From NCBI RefSeq assembly GCF_018350175.1, contig NC_058368.1, positions 175,958,001 to 176,022,000 of the forward strand: 64,000 nt of DNA, written 5' to 3'. The notes beneath the pieces are model-generated. The model was not told the origin of the DNA. It saw only the letters and a program-made list of their open reading frames with translations, and did not search any database. Source of the stretch: Felis catus. Taxonomy: Eukaryota. Positions 1-11,896 of the stretch are shown piece by piece (position 1 is the stretch's first letter; every line of letters begins with the position of its first letter). The position numbers and the translations under genes were made by a program.

Positions 1-64
1 TGTTGGTGGAGTAAGTTACCTACTTGACAAAGACTGAGATACTGACCTCATTTCTCCATGCCCC

Positions 65-415
65 TGCGGTAGTGTTATACATCCAACCCCCACCATGACT
101 TCAGGGGATATGGAGGAAACTTCCCTGCCTTTGACTTGACTATGTCACTTGCTTTGACCACTGAGATGCTAGCAATGGTTTGAACTATGCCTGCACGACT
201 GACATTGCCTTCTTGTGATCCTCAAAGAACCAACTAGTGTAGGGAGGATGGGCATCATGTGGAACAGACCTGGACCCAAACTACAGCCAGAGCCCAACAC
301 AGCCAAGCCCCATGTAAACCAGGCAAACCCCAGATGACCTGCAGATGTGCAAGCTGGACACCCGAGATTCCATGTCTGTTTATTACACAGCCAACATTGA
401 GTGCATAGTAAACAC
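65..415 (+). mobile_element. ERVL-MaLR solo LTR (MLT1-like, old)
   Basis: MLT1-type motifs: tatgtcacttgctttgaccactgagatg, catgtggaacagacctggaccc, ccccagatgacctgcagatgtg, terminal gtttattacacagc. Confidence 0.6.
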
Positions 416-679
416 TCCATAAACACATGCTTTTCATATTATGATTGCTGGCGTGAGAAATTGCACACGGCTCACACAACCAGGGTATTCATTTGGAATA
501 CCAAGTTTGTGATAGTTGGTCTCACAGTAAAAAGTTGTACTGCAAGCTCTCAAAGGTCTGTTTGGGATCTGAGCCAGCAGGCATCCCAAGGTGTGGTTGA
601 CCAACAGAATCATTAACACACTCCCCCTCTGATCAGCATTGCTGTTTGTCACAAATTCTCCACTGCACCACCACATTCT

Positions 680-1121
680 CCACTCAACAATTTGACCAAT
701 GTCTATCGAGTACCTTCAACACCTGCTAGGCGAGAGGACAAACCACAATCAACAGGACAGATAAGGCTGAGCCTTCAAGGGGCTGCATTCCAGTAGGGGA
801 GACAGGTGACAAACATATACAGAAACAAACAAGTAGAGACTGATGAGAGCTGCGAGAGCAATAAACAGGTGAAAAGCCAATGGGCAACCGGGGAAGCCGC
901 TTTATTTACTGGTCAAGGAGGAGGGAAGGGCAAGTGCAAGGTACAAAGTGTCCAAGGAGCCAAAAGGAGCCATGTGCGTGAGAAAGGAAGGAAGGGTGTG
1001 CATGAGAAAAGAGAAGGTTGAGCAGGGGCCTGAGGAGGACAGACTCTCGGGTTGAGACAAGAAGTCTGGATTTTATTCCCAGGGCAATGAGAAGCACTGA
1101 AGTATTGCTGAGCTAGGGCAG
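680..1121 (-). mobile_element. LINE-2 3' fragment (target of the ERV-L insertion)
   Basis: L2 3'-end motifs cactcaacaa..., ttccagtaggggagacagg, ttttattcccagggcaatgagaagcactgaag. Confidence 0.6.
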
Positions 1122-1613
1122 TGTATTAGGATCCTCCAAAGAAAAAGAACCAGTAGGATATGTATATCTACACCTAAATCTATATTTATAACTGTATACC
1201 TATAACTATATGGGTTTATTATCAGGAATGAACTCATACAGTTAGGAAGCCTAAGAAGTCCCACAGTCTGCCATTTGCAAGCTGGAGATACAGGAAAGCT
1301 GATGATTTAATTCAGTCTGAGTCTGAAGTCCTAAAAACTAGGGGAGCCCTAAAAACCAGGTTTCAATCCCAGCCTGAAGGCACGAGAAAAAGAGCTGAGA
1401 TGTCTCAGCACAACCAGTGAAAGTCCTCCCTCCTCCGCCTTTTGCTCCATTCAGGCCCTCAGTAGATGGGATGGTGCACACCCATACTGGGGAGGGTCAT
1501 CTACTTTACTGAGTCTTCAGATTCAAATGCTAATCTCTTCCGAAAATATCCTCACAGACACCGCCCACCGCCAGTACTCCGTGAGCGGTCAACACATACA
1601 GTTTGCCATTGCA
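1122..1613 (-). mobile_element. MLT2B-like 3' LTR of ERV-L
   Basis: tgtattagg...gaaccagtaggata...aagtcccacagtctgccatttgcaagctggaga...caaatgctaatctcttcc...aacacatacagtttgccattgca; PPT GACAAGGGGAGGGCT abuts it on the minus strand (1614-1628). Confidence 0.9.
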
Positions 1614-2078
1614 AGCCCTCCCCTTGTCACCTTGGCTCCCAGCCCCATCTCCTTAAACTTATTATTATCTTATTCTTATCCCAAATAAAGACTTACAAAG
1701 TCTTATTATCCCAATAAAGACATCACCAATAACATAATTCCACCTAACATGATACAACTACTCTGTAAACAACCAAAAATGCACCAACCCCTTCCCCCAA
1801 AGAGGAGGTACGTCCTTGTGTGGTATTTACTCTTCTTCTTGATATCCTGTAACTTAAACCCATGATATAAAATTCACAATACTTAAGGACTATAAGGGCA
1901 ATACATCTTATGTTATATGATAAGGGAATAAGGGAAAGAAGAAAACAAAAGACATAACAAATATATTTGAGATATATATCAGATCGATACACATGTTTAT
2001 AACAAAATAAGGAGAAAATACTCATGACAATTTTACTGTTTCTATAACTAGTCACATGGTCATCGCTGGTATTTACAA

Positions 2079-2152
2079 CTTCCTTCTCCTCCTTTCCCTC
2101 CCCCCTCCCCCCCTTCTCCTCCTCCTCCTTCTTCTCCTTCTCCTTCTTCTTC
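2079..2152. repeat. Polypyrimidine (CCT/CTT) low-complexity tract
   Basis: ~74 bp of only C/T inside the ERV-L internal region. Confidence 0.9.
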
Positions 2153-2154
2153 AC

Positions 2155-2560
2155 ATTCTGTATTCCCTTTGCCTTCAGTTGGTTGTGGTTCTTCACCTGG
2201 TGGGGTGACTCAAACCTTTATTCGTAAATGGTCTGGGCCATGAGCTGTCTTGCCTGGATTGGGCTGTTGTGGTTTTCCACTGGCCTTAATCACAGAGCAT
2301 GGTAAGGGATCTCCTGTATTCCAAATATACCCTTCATTCCCTCCATTATGGGGTAGTAGCAAAATTTCCCCTTGGTAGTTGGAATCAATCACCCCAGCCA
2401 CCACCATAACTGTCTTCTTGATTCAGAAATATGAGGAGGCCAAAGTGATCAGGTAGCAATCTTAACTTCCACAGTTCAATGGAATCATTGTTGTGTCTCC
2501 TGGTGAAGTATTCCTCCCTCTGGAACAAAGACCTCTAAGCCAGTAAAGCACAAAGTTTTG
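2155..2560 (-). pseudogene. ERV-L dUTPase remnant
   Basis: Translation AGVIDSNYQGEILLLPHNGG (dUTPase motif III G-V-I-D-x-D/N-Y-x-G-E), positioned 3' of integrase as in ERV-L; frameshifted. Confidence 0.85.
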
Positions 2561-3245
2561 GGAACCAGAAGCAAAACTATTACTAAGTGGGTTCCTAGGA
2601 GCCATAGTGAGTGATGCCATTCCCAATTCCATCCCTTGATTCCTGCACCCGTGAATCCAGGATATTGAAGAAATAGTACCACATATTGGATGTTGATTCA
2701 GAGCATATCAGCCTTCTGAAGAACCCTACAAGGCCTACAAGGTATTGTCACCTAGCTTGCACTGTAACTGAGCCTTCAAATGGCCATTCTATCAAGAGTG
2801 TTGCTTCAGGATGATGAGGAGCATGGTAATACCAGCGAATTCCATGAGTCTGGGCCCATTATCACACTTCTTTTGCTGTGAAGTGAATACCTGGATCAGA
2901 GCAGTGCTGTGTGGAATACCATGATGGTGGATAAAGCATCCCGTAAAGTGCATGGATGCAGGGAGGGCAGATCCATATCCAGAGTGTCCAATCCAGTAAG
3001 GACAAAATGCTGCCCCTTCCACAATGGAAGTGGTCCATTAAAATCAAATTGCCACCATGTAGCTGACTTACCAATCACCCTGGGAATGGTGCCATAGTGG
3101 GGGCTCAGTGTTGGTCTCTGTTGCTGGCAGAATGGGCATCCAGTAGTGACCACAGCCAGGCTGGCCTTGGTGAGTTGAAGACCATGTTGCTCAGTCGACA
3201 CACAACCTCTACCCCTGCCATCACAGCCATTTTTCTCATGAGCCC
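2560..3245 (-). pseudogene. ERV-L integrase remnant
   Basis: QWAHEKNG...QHGLQLTKA...CPFCQQQRPTLSPHYGTIP...TWWQFDFNGPLPLWKGQHFVLTGLDT (Zn finger and start of core); frameshifts. Confidence 0.88.
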
Positions 3246-3740
3246 ATTGGGAAATGACAGAGATGGCCACAGAAAGATGCTGACTGGTAGGTTTCCACAG
3301 AACAGATCATCCTATGCATTTGATTATCAGAATCCTCCTCTGCAAAGGTCACCCTTTGGTGAGCATTCACGTGGGACACAAATGTCTTCATCTTCATGCT
3401 TTTTGCCCAGAGAGGTCCATCCACATAAGTCTTCCCCAAATTTGTCACCAGTTTTTCAATCACGTTCCTGCCAAGTTCATGACCATCCAGCCAAACCATT
3501 GGCCACAGCCCATGAATCAACATATAATTGTATATTTGGCCACGTCTCCTTCCAAGCAAAGTGAATAACCAGGTACACTGTTCAAAGTTCTGTTCACCGG
3601 AAGGATTTCCCGTCACCACTGCCCTTCAAGGATATCCCAGAAAAGGGCTATAGGGCTGCAGCTATTCACTTTTGGGTTTTGCCTGCATTGTGCAGAACCA
3701 TCTGTGAACCAGGTCCAAGTCTTCTCTTCTGTCAACTGAT
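3245..3740 (-). pseudogene. ERV-L RNase H remnant
   Basis: QLTEEKTWTWFTDGSA and KTFVSHVNAHQRVT...DNQMHRM in different frames. Confidence 0.85.
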
Positions 3741-5210
3741 CAGGGTAGCTTCCCATGAGGCCACAGGTATACGCTGGGAGAGAGAAGGCAGTGTAGCATA
3801 ATGTGGACGGTGAGCAGTTCGGCCACTTCATCATGTAACTTACTTTGTGCCTTCAGGACCTGCCTGGGCCCAGTCACGTCTATACCACTTCTATTTTGAC
3901 AATGAAGTGTTGCTGGGCATGCCCAGTTTTATGGCTTCGTGGGTCAAAGAACACCTAGTTTATGATGGATACCTCAGGTCCTCAGTCATTGGTGGCCATG
4001 GTTAAGGATCCAGTCTCTAATAAGACCCAGCAGCAGTCTAAGAGCTCTTCCTCAAAAGGAGAGTAGTTTTCTGCGGAAGATGGCAGGGCATGCTCCAAAA
4101 TCCCAAAGGCCTGGGCTGTGATTCACCTGGAGGGCCCTGCCACAGGCTCCCAACAGCATCCCTGTCTGCCACTGTCACTTCAAGCACTCCCGCACCCGCT
4201 GGATCATCTGCCCAAGTGGTGGGGCAGTTCACACCGCAGCCCGAACCTACTGCAAAGCCTTCTCTGGCTCGTGTTCTGGGCCCTACTCAAAACAAGCAGT
4301 TTTGGGGGTCACAGCAACACACCCAAACGAGGAATGTGTTGCCTCCAAACTCCAAAGAAGCTCACTAGGCATTGTGCCTCTTTCTCGGTTGTAGGACAGG
4401 CCAGATGTAACAACTTGTCCTTCACCTTAGAAAAGATAGCTCAACATGCCCCCACCCCACTGGACCGCTAGAAATTTCACTGAGGTAGGAAACCCCTGGG
4501 ACGCCTGGGTGGCTCAGTCGGTTAAGCGTCTGACTTTGACTCAGGTCATGATCTCGCGGTTGGTGAGTTTGAGCCCCACATTGGGCTCCGTGCTGACAGC
4601 TCAAAGCCTGGAGCCTGCTTTGGATTCTCCCTGTCTCTCTGCCCCTCCCCTGTTCATATCTCTCTCTCCCTCTCTCTCTCTCTCTCAAAAATAAATAATC
4701 ATTTAAAAAAATTTTTTTAAACCCGAATTTTAGGTAGATTTATTACCCACCCCCAACACGCAAAAGTCTTACCATAAGCCTAGAGTAGTTGCTACTTCTC
4801 ACTCACTGCCATCAGCACCATGTCATCAGTGTCATGGCCCAGGGGGATGTCTTGTGGAATGGAACGGCAACCAAGATCCCCACACACTGCATGATGACAC
4901 CGGGCAGGAGACCTGATGTGCCTCCGAGGTAGGCCAGTGAATATGCACTGCTGGCCTCGCCAGCTGAAAGCAAACTACTTCTGGTGGGCCTGATGGACGG
5001 GGAAGGAGGAAAAGGCATTTGCTGCACAGATAGCTGCATACCAGGTACCAGGGCATGTGTTAGGTTGCTCAAGCAATGAAACCAATCTGGCACTTGAGCT
5101 GCAAGCCCAGTCCCCACCTGGTGAAGCTTATGATAATCCGCTGTCATTCTCCAGGCCCCATCTGTCTTCTGCACGGGCCAAACAGATGGGTTGAACGGGG
5201 TGGGGATTAC
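3740..5210 (-). pseudogene. ERV-L reverse transcriptase/tether remnant, interrupted by a SINE
   Basis: VIPTPFNPSVWPVQKTDGAWRMTADYHKLHQV (RT N-terminus); VLEVTVADRDAVGSLWQGPPGESQPRPLGFWS (tether); many frameshifts. Confidence 0.88.
4498..4718 (+). mobile_element. CAN-SINE (SINEC_Fc) inserted in ERV-L RT
   Basis: tRNA-like head, (CT)n, A-rich tail; short TSD aaaccc at 4490-4495 / 4719-4724. Confidence 0.95.
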
Positions 5211-5247
5211 TGGGCCGGTGAACTTGACACATAAATGAACCACTACA
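5211..5247 (-). mobile_element. Residual first ~37 bp of the ERV-L 5' LTR
   Basis: tgggccggtgaacttgacacataaatgaaccactaca resembles the recalled MLT2 terminus tggcccagtcaagttgacacataaaattaaccatcaca. Confidence 0.8.
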
Positions 5248-5623
5248 GGAAGTTGGGATAGCAATCCAGAGGAACCCTCGTGGGCAGAAATGCGGGCATC
5301 AGGGAGAAACCACTGGAAGCGTTCAGAGGTCACGTGGAGGACTCTTCATAACGAAGACAAGCCTAAGAAAGAGGGAAAGTCTCCCGCCAGGGTTACCACT
5401 CCATATGGGATAGGGTTAACCTGTCAGGGAGAGGAGGGATAGGTTTTCTTCATGGGAAATGGGGCTGTGTAGTCACTAAGAGAAAAGTGGCAGTCGTGCC
5501 GTTATTTTCCGTGGCCTGCATGGAGCTGAGGGGCGTTTGCCCTTAGAAAATTCAGAAGAAACCAACCGTGGGTCATAAGGAGAGAGTGGACTGTGGTTGA
5601 AATCGCCCCCAAGTGATGACAAC

Positions 5624-6265
5624 TGTGTCCCATGGCAGTTCAGCCACGTTGGAGCAAACTTTCCCAGAATTCTCTTCCATGTCTGTCTGATTCTGGGCCA
5701 CAGGAGAAACTCGGGCAAGATCTGGAAGGCAGACGTGCAGCTGCAGCCATGTTTAGGCTCCGAAGGCAGCGTGGGGTCAAGGGCTGCCGCAGCCCAAGTG
5801 CAACCTCGCCTGCCCTGTTGTGTGAGGCGGCGGGCGAGCTGGGGCCTCCTCGGTTCGTGCTGGGCCTCCTCCTTCGGCTTCTCCGACTCCTGAGCCAAGC
5901 ATGTCGCTCCATGACTAAGGGCACGAGCTTCTCCTGCAGGACACCCACATCCTGGAGGTGGGATGTTCGGAGGAGGATGAGACCGGTGCCGTCCCAGCTC
6001 GCCCTTGGAGGTGCCATCCCATCCTCATGGGTCCCAACGAGCCCTTTGAGTCCAATCCATCCCCGTGGGTCCCAGCTTGCCCTGGCTTCCCCCACTTCAC
6101 ATCCACCTTCTCCAACCACCAGCCCTGCTGACCTCAGAGGCAGAAGCAATGGCCTTACGGAGCATTTGTTGCACCAGCTCCCACAACTGCAACGAGGTCA
6201 GGTCCCTAAAATTAGCCCTCACTCTAGAGCACGGAGCTTCTGCTCCTCTGATGGACTTTCTCCAG
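5624..6265 (+). mobile_element. ERVL solo LTR (LTR41/LTR33-like)
   Basis: caaactttcccagaattctcttcc near the start; cccacaactgc...ggtccctaaaattagccc...ttctgctcctctg near the end. Confidence 0.55.
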
Positions 6266-7454
6266 TTTAGGGCCTCCTTCCCGGGAAACCCCTCTGCCTG
6301 GGCAAACCGGGATGGTTGAGCACTCCACATAACAGTGAACTGTGCAGCTGAACGGGGCGGGGGGAGAACCTGGCTTCCAGCCCTGATGGGAAACAGTGAG
6401 AATTCAGAGCTATCCACGCACGGTATCCGCAGAGGGGCTCTGCCCATGGGACAGGACGTGTCTGCACGTGGTGAATCAGGGAATTGCTCCTCTGTGATCC
6501 GTTTTACAACAAATAAGGCAAAATATGCATTTGCTTCTCCCTGGGAGCCTTCCTCCAAGTGGGTGTCCAAAGTCTCTTCCAGTTGGTGCTCTCAACACAT
6601 GAAGAAATTCCACGTATTGGAATTCATAGGCTCTGAAGCTGTCTCGGGCCAGTGGGGAACGAACAGAAAGGGAAACCAGGGCCCGAGCACCCCGAGTCTT
6701 TGTCAGAACCTGCATTTCCTTCCTTACCTGGGGGGAGAAGAATGGGGACTGAGGTGTGACCCACTGGGGATTTGGTGACCCGTCCCATACTCCGCCCACA
6801 TTTAGTGTCCCCTCCTGTCACCGCACACAGCCTGCTGCTAGTGCACCAATTCTGTATCTCCTGGAATGCACAACTCCACCTTATGTGCCTGTCTGTCCTT
6901 GGTGGGTCAGTCACACTTCACCTCCCCTGGAAGCCTGCCATCAACCCCAAAACTGAAGCCCCGAAACCTTGGCCCCTGATCAGTTCACATGTTCCGCACA
7001 TCTCCGGTGAGTATGACGCTGGTTTAAGATAATCTGACTGCACAACACTCTCCCCACTAGATTCGAACCCCTCTGTGGTCAGGAAGTGTCTTTCCATCCA
7101 TATGCCAGCGCCTCACGTGGTGCTTGGCCCACAGGAGACACCACATGCAAACATGCACACAGGAGGGAGGGAGAGCCATGGCCTTAGGGAGTGAGACAGA
7201 GCGACCTGACACATTTTAGCCTCCAAAAGATAAACACAAGTTCTCCAGGGCATTTCAGACCAAAGGACAGAGTGAAAACCCACCAATCCCTCGTATGTAT
7301 CCTGTCCTACCACATAAGCACACAAGGTCACTCCAAGGAGCTGGAGAAGACGGAGGAGCAATGACAGAAATGCCTCGGATGCATCATAGAATCAATTTCT
7401 GGGATTCCATGTACGTTTGCTACAGGTGACATTTTAAAACTGAGGCCAACTTAT

Positions 7455-7728
7455 TTTATTTTTTTTTTTTTTTAGTTTTTAATGCTTATTTTTTAAAAAA
7501 AATTTTTTTTCAACGTTTTTATTTATTTTGGGGACAGAGAGAGACAGAGCATGAACGGGGGAGGGGCAGAGAGAGAGGGAGACACAGAATCGGAAACAGG
7601 CTCCAGGCTCTGAGCCATCAGCCCAGAGCCTGACGCGGGGCTCGAACTCACGGACCGCGAGATCGTGACCTGGTTGAAGTCGGACGCTTAACTGACTGCG
7701 CCACCCAGGCGCCCCGTTAATGCTTATT

Positions 7729-7782
<54 letters not shown>

Positions 7783-7946
7783 CATGAGCAGGGGAGGGGC
7801 AGAGAGAGAGGGAGACACAGAATCTAAAGCAGGCTCCAGGCTCTGAGCTGTCAGCACAGAGCCTGACGTGGGCTCGAAGCCATGAACCACGAGATCATGA
7901 CCTGAGACGAAGTCGGACACAACTGACTGAGCCACCCAGGTGCTCC
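7455..7946 (-). mobile_element. Older CAN-SINE with (GA)n, whose tail is interrupted by a younger SINE
   Basis: Body 7717-7946, residual tail 7455-7493. Confidence 0.9.
7494..7715 (-). mobile_element. Young CAN-SINE (SINEC_Fc) nested in a SINE tail
   Basis: 15-bp TSD ttaatgcttattttt at 7479-7493 / 7717-7731. Confidence 0.95.
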
Positions 7947-8267
7947 AAGGCGCAGCCAATTTATGACTGTCCACTCTAGTGCACTTATGTGAAATGGTGC
8001 AGCTATTTGGAGAAATAAAACATCAGGTTTCAGTCCCCGTCACAGAGGGCGTGAGGGGGGTGAAGGGCTTCCCATGGCTCCAGGCCAAGCCTTAAAGCCT
8101 GGTGTGGCTGCTCCCCACATGTTCACAGCAGGGAAGTCCCCCTTCCCCCACCCGCTGCAAGGCCAGTTCAAAGTTCCCTTCTCTCAGAAGCCTTGCTCAG
8201 TCCCCCTAGACGGGAATGAACTTGATTTTCCGAGTGCTTGAGGCATTGGGAAACCGGAGTACAACTG

Positions 8268-8535
8268 TGTGCAGAGCACAGAGTGGACTTTGGAGCCAGA
8301 CTGCTGGGGTTCCAGTCTCTGCTTCCAACTCATTCTCTGTGTGCCCGTGAATGAGACGCCTGCCTCTCCAATCAGCATCCTCACCGACAAAAATGGAAAA
8401 TAACAAAACCTCCCTCTCAGGGGTGCTATAACCATGAGTTAATATATGCAAAATATGCAATATATGCAAAATAGCCAGACACAAAGGACACTCGATGCTT
8501 GTAGTTGCTATTAATATTATCATTATTATCACTAT
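8268..8535 (+). mobile_element. MIR
   Basis: ggactttggagccagactgctggggttccagtc...aaaatggaaaataacaaaacct...gctattaatattat. Confidence 0.75.
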
Positions 8536-8999
8536 TATCACTTCTCTTAGGATAAAGATCACATCCTCTCTTACAGGATCACCACTGTTACGTTCTAGAC
8601 TGGAGGCGTCTCAAGAAATCACTGACCCGAATCTTTATTTGGCTCTCAGCACTGTGTGGCTCACACAGAGTAAGTATAATTCGATAAATATTTCCTCAAT
8701 GAACACGCAGGTGCATTATGGAGAAGACACTCCCTGCCCCACCGCCCACATAAGAAAAACAAAATCTTGACACGAAGAATATTCAACAACTCTTTTCCCC
8801 CAAGGAACATGGGTCGAGACAGCCTCCACGTCCAGTGGCAGTGGGTCCGGGCTGGCTTTTTAGGCTCCAGCCGTCCTTACTTGTTTTTCAACACTCCTAT
8901 CCCCGGCAACTTCCTTTCCCACAAAGGAGACGGGCCATGTGGAAGCCAGAGACCAGAAATGAGGGCTCATGGTCAGCTGAATGAAGAGGAAGGGCAGGG

Positions 9000-9200
9000 C
9001 AGAGGGGCCCGGCGCCAGATGCCAGCCTGCTGCCTTACTGGCTCTATGGCCCTGGGCACGTCACTTTGAGCCTCTGGGCCTCAGTATCCCACATCTAGTA
9101 GGTGGGGCTCAGATACCAGCCTCCAGTTGTGGGGAGAAATAAGCAAGCTTGCAGACAGTGTACATGGCATGGGGCCTGGCACACAGCAGATGCTCCCAGC
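9000..9200 (+). mobile_element. MIR fragment
   Basis: ttactggctctatggccctgggcacgtcactttgagcctctgggcctcagt...gcctggcacacagcagatgctc. Confidence 0.6.
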
Positions 9201-9799
9201 CCTGGGCTCTGAGGCCTGGGAGAGCTTCCCGTGTCTAAATCCCGCGTCTGTGCACAACTGCAAAGCCCCCAGGGGCAGAGGGAGCTGCTTGTTTAGATTC
9301 ACTTGGGTTTACTTTTCCCAACAACCCAGTACACCGCCATGGGCAAGCCATCAGCACTGCACAAATACTCAGAAAACTTGGTGACCCTCTCACCTCTTCC
9401 CGGAGAGGGAAGCTTAAGTGACTGGACAGTGGACTCAAGACTAGAATTCGGGTGTCCTGACTCCAAGTCCAGAGTTGGATATATGCAAGACGTGGGTCTC
9501 ACAGCCAGTGGCCACTCACAAAAGGGCAAGACATGTCTGAGTGTGCAGGGTCCTGATCTAGCTGGGCATGAACGACTAAGTTTCGAGATGCAAACTCTAC
9601 AGTTTCCCCCAGGAGCCTGGGAGAGACAGGGGGAGGGATGGATGTGGGAACAAAAGCCCAGGATTGCTCCCAAGAGACAGAGGATGCATGCTGGGCATTC
9701 CAGAATAACCCCTCTCCACTGAGGATGCTATATGGCCTAGAGCAGGCATTGACCCCCCAGTTCTTTTGCACCCCCCCTAGCTTGCCACTGTCCAAGGAC

Positions 9800-10250
9800 A
9801 ACCCGACATGGGTGGGCCTTGAAAGCATTATGCTAATTGAGATAAGTCAGACACAGAAAGACAAACACTGCATGCATCACTTATATATGAAACCTAAAAA
9901 AAGCCAAACTCATTAAAACAAAGCAGAATGGTGGTTACCAGTTGCCGGGGATGGTGGAATCGGGGAGATGTTGTTCAAAGGCACAAACTTTCAGTTAGTA
10001 GATAAGTAAGTTCTATAGATCTAATGCACAGCATGGTGATTACAGTCAACAATTGCATGATAAACTTCAAAAATGCTACAAGATTAGATTTTTATTGCCC
10101 TCCCTACAAAGAAGAAATAATTATGGGAATAGAGGTGTTAGCTAATGCTATGACGGTCATCACATCGCAACATATAAATGTATCAAGCGAACAGGTTGGA
10201 CACCTTAAACTTACAGAATGTGACGTGTCAATTACATATCAATAAAATAC
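9800..10250 (+). mobile_element. L1 3' end (L1MA/L1_Carn-like)
   Basis: attatgctaattgagataagtcagacacagaaagacaaa...caccttaaacttacagaatg...caataaa. Confidence 0.85.
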
Positions 10251-10603
10251 ATAAGCATATAATGACCATACTGGAATCATAACTACACTGGGAATGATGG
10301 ACACAGAGAATTCGCTGAGATCCACAGGAATCCAGAGGCAGGAGGGACTCCGTGGACAGGTGAGAAGACAGAAATAATCACAATGAGAACAACACTGCCT
10401 TCAGCTTGATCTTAAATGCGCCCATTCCCTTTCTTCTCCATTCACCCCACCCCATCTCCAACCACCAACGTTGACACCCACTCTCACCATCAACTCAGGC
10501 TGTGTGTTGGGCTAGACACATCACATGGCCTCCCTGGCCTCAGCTGCCTCCCCTGTGAAGTGGGAATGATACCCTGAAGGCCAGAGGCTTCACGTGTCTG
10601 CCC

Positions 10604-11820
10604 GCCTTCTGTATGTTTTTTGGAAAAATGTCCTTTCATGTCTTCTGCCCATTTCTTAACTGGATTATTTATTTGGGGGGTACTGAGTTTGGTAAGTTCT
10701 TTACAGATTTTGGATACTAACCTTTATCTGACGTGTCATTTGCAAATATCTTCTCCCATTCCATAGGCTGCCTTTTAGTTTTGTTTCCTTTGCTGTGCAG
10801 AAACTTTTTATCTTGATGAACTCTCAACCTCATTTTTGCTTTTGTTTCCCTTTCCTCTGGAGATGTGCCTGATAAGAAGTTGCTACAGCCAAGGTCAAAG
10901 AGATTGCCGCCTGTTTTCTCCTCTAGGATTTTGACGGTTTCCTGTCTCACATTTAGGTCTCTCATCCATTTTGAGTTAATTTTTGTGTATGGTGTAAGAA
11001 AGTTTCAAATTCTTCTGCACGTTGCTCTCCAGTTTTCCCAATACCATTTATTGAAGAGACTGTCTTTTTTCCATTGGATATTCTTTCCTGCTTTGTCAAA
11101 ATTTAGTTGACCATAAAGTTCTGGGTCCAGTTCTAGGTTTCCTATTCTGTTCCAGTGATCTAGGTGTCTATTTTTTGTGCCAGTACCATACTGTTTTGAT
11201 GACTACAGCTTTGTAATATAGCTTGAAGTCCAGAATTGTGATGCCTCCAGCTTGGCTTTTCTTTTTTAGGATTGCTTTGGCTATTCGGGGTCTTTTGTAG
11301 TTCCATACAAATTTTAGGATTGTTTGTTCCAGTTCTATGAAAAATGTTGGTGGTATTTTTATGGGGATTGCATTAAATGTGAAGATTGCTTTGGTTAGTA
11401 CAGACATTTTACAGTATTTGTCCTTCCAATCCGCGAGCATGGAATGTTCTTCCATTTCTTGTGTCCTCCTCAATTTCTTTCATCAGTGTTCTATAGTTTT
11501 AAATTTTTTTTTAACGTTTATTTATTTTTGAGACAGAGAGAGACAGAGCATGAGCAGGGGAGGGGCAAGGAGAGAGGGAGACACAGAATCTGAAGCAGGC
11601 TCCAGGCTCTGAGTTGTCAGCACAGAGCCCGACGCGGGGCTCGAACTCACGGACCGTGAGATCATGACCTGAGCTGAAGTCGGCCGCTCAACCGACTGAG
11701 CCACCCAGGCGCCCCTCTATAGTTTTCAGAGTACAAATCTTTTACCTATTTGGTTAGGTTTACTCCTAGGTATCATATTGGTTTTGGTGCAACTGTAAAT
11801 GGGATCAATTCCTTGATTTC
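10604..11820 (-). mobile_element. L1 ORF2 internal fragment (carnivore L1)
   Basis: Translations FNAIPIKIP...[20 protein letters not shown]...[25 protein letters not shown] and DLNVRQETVKILEEKTGGNLFDLG; interrupted by a SINE. Confidence 0.95.
11501..11715 (-). mobile_element. CAN-SINE inserted in L1
   Basis: TSD tctatagtttt at 11490-11500 / 11716-11726. Confidence 0.95.
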
Positions 11821-11865
11821 CGCCCCCCCTCCTCCTCCTCCTTCTACATCATCACCACCACCACT

Positions 11866-11896
<31 letters not shown>

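Larger units (their letters stand above)
1122..5247 (-). mobile_element. Degenerate ERV-L (HERVL/MLT2-type) provirus with large 5' internal deletion
   Basis: 3' LTR, PPT, dUTPase, IN, RNaseH and RT remnants in ERV-L order with no env; TG...CA termini; flanking 5-mers ggcag (1117-1121) and ggaag (5248-5252) match 4/5 as a TSD. Confidence 0.9.

Noticed and set aside
1744..2196. 150-aa K/E-rich ORF
   Set aside because: Product of the polypyrimidine tract and ERV-L 3' internal region; not a gene.
2210..5333. Possible domesticated or intact ERV-L pol/dUTPase
   Set aside because: Domains are scattered over frames with stops, frameshifts and a SINE insertion; no long ORF.
5476..6270. Overlapping 140-212 aa ORFs on both strands
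   Set aside because: GC-rich decayed LTR; no recognisable homology.
6097..6799. ORFs of 107-157 aa, exon-like composition
   Set aside because: No recognisable protein and no consistent acceptor/donor pair.
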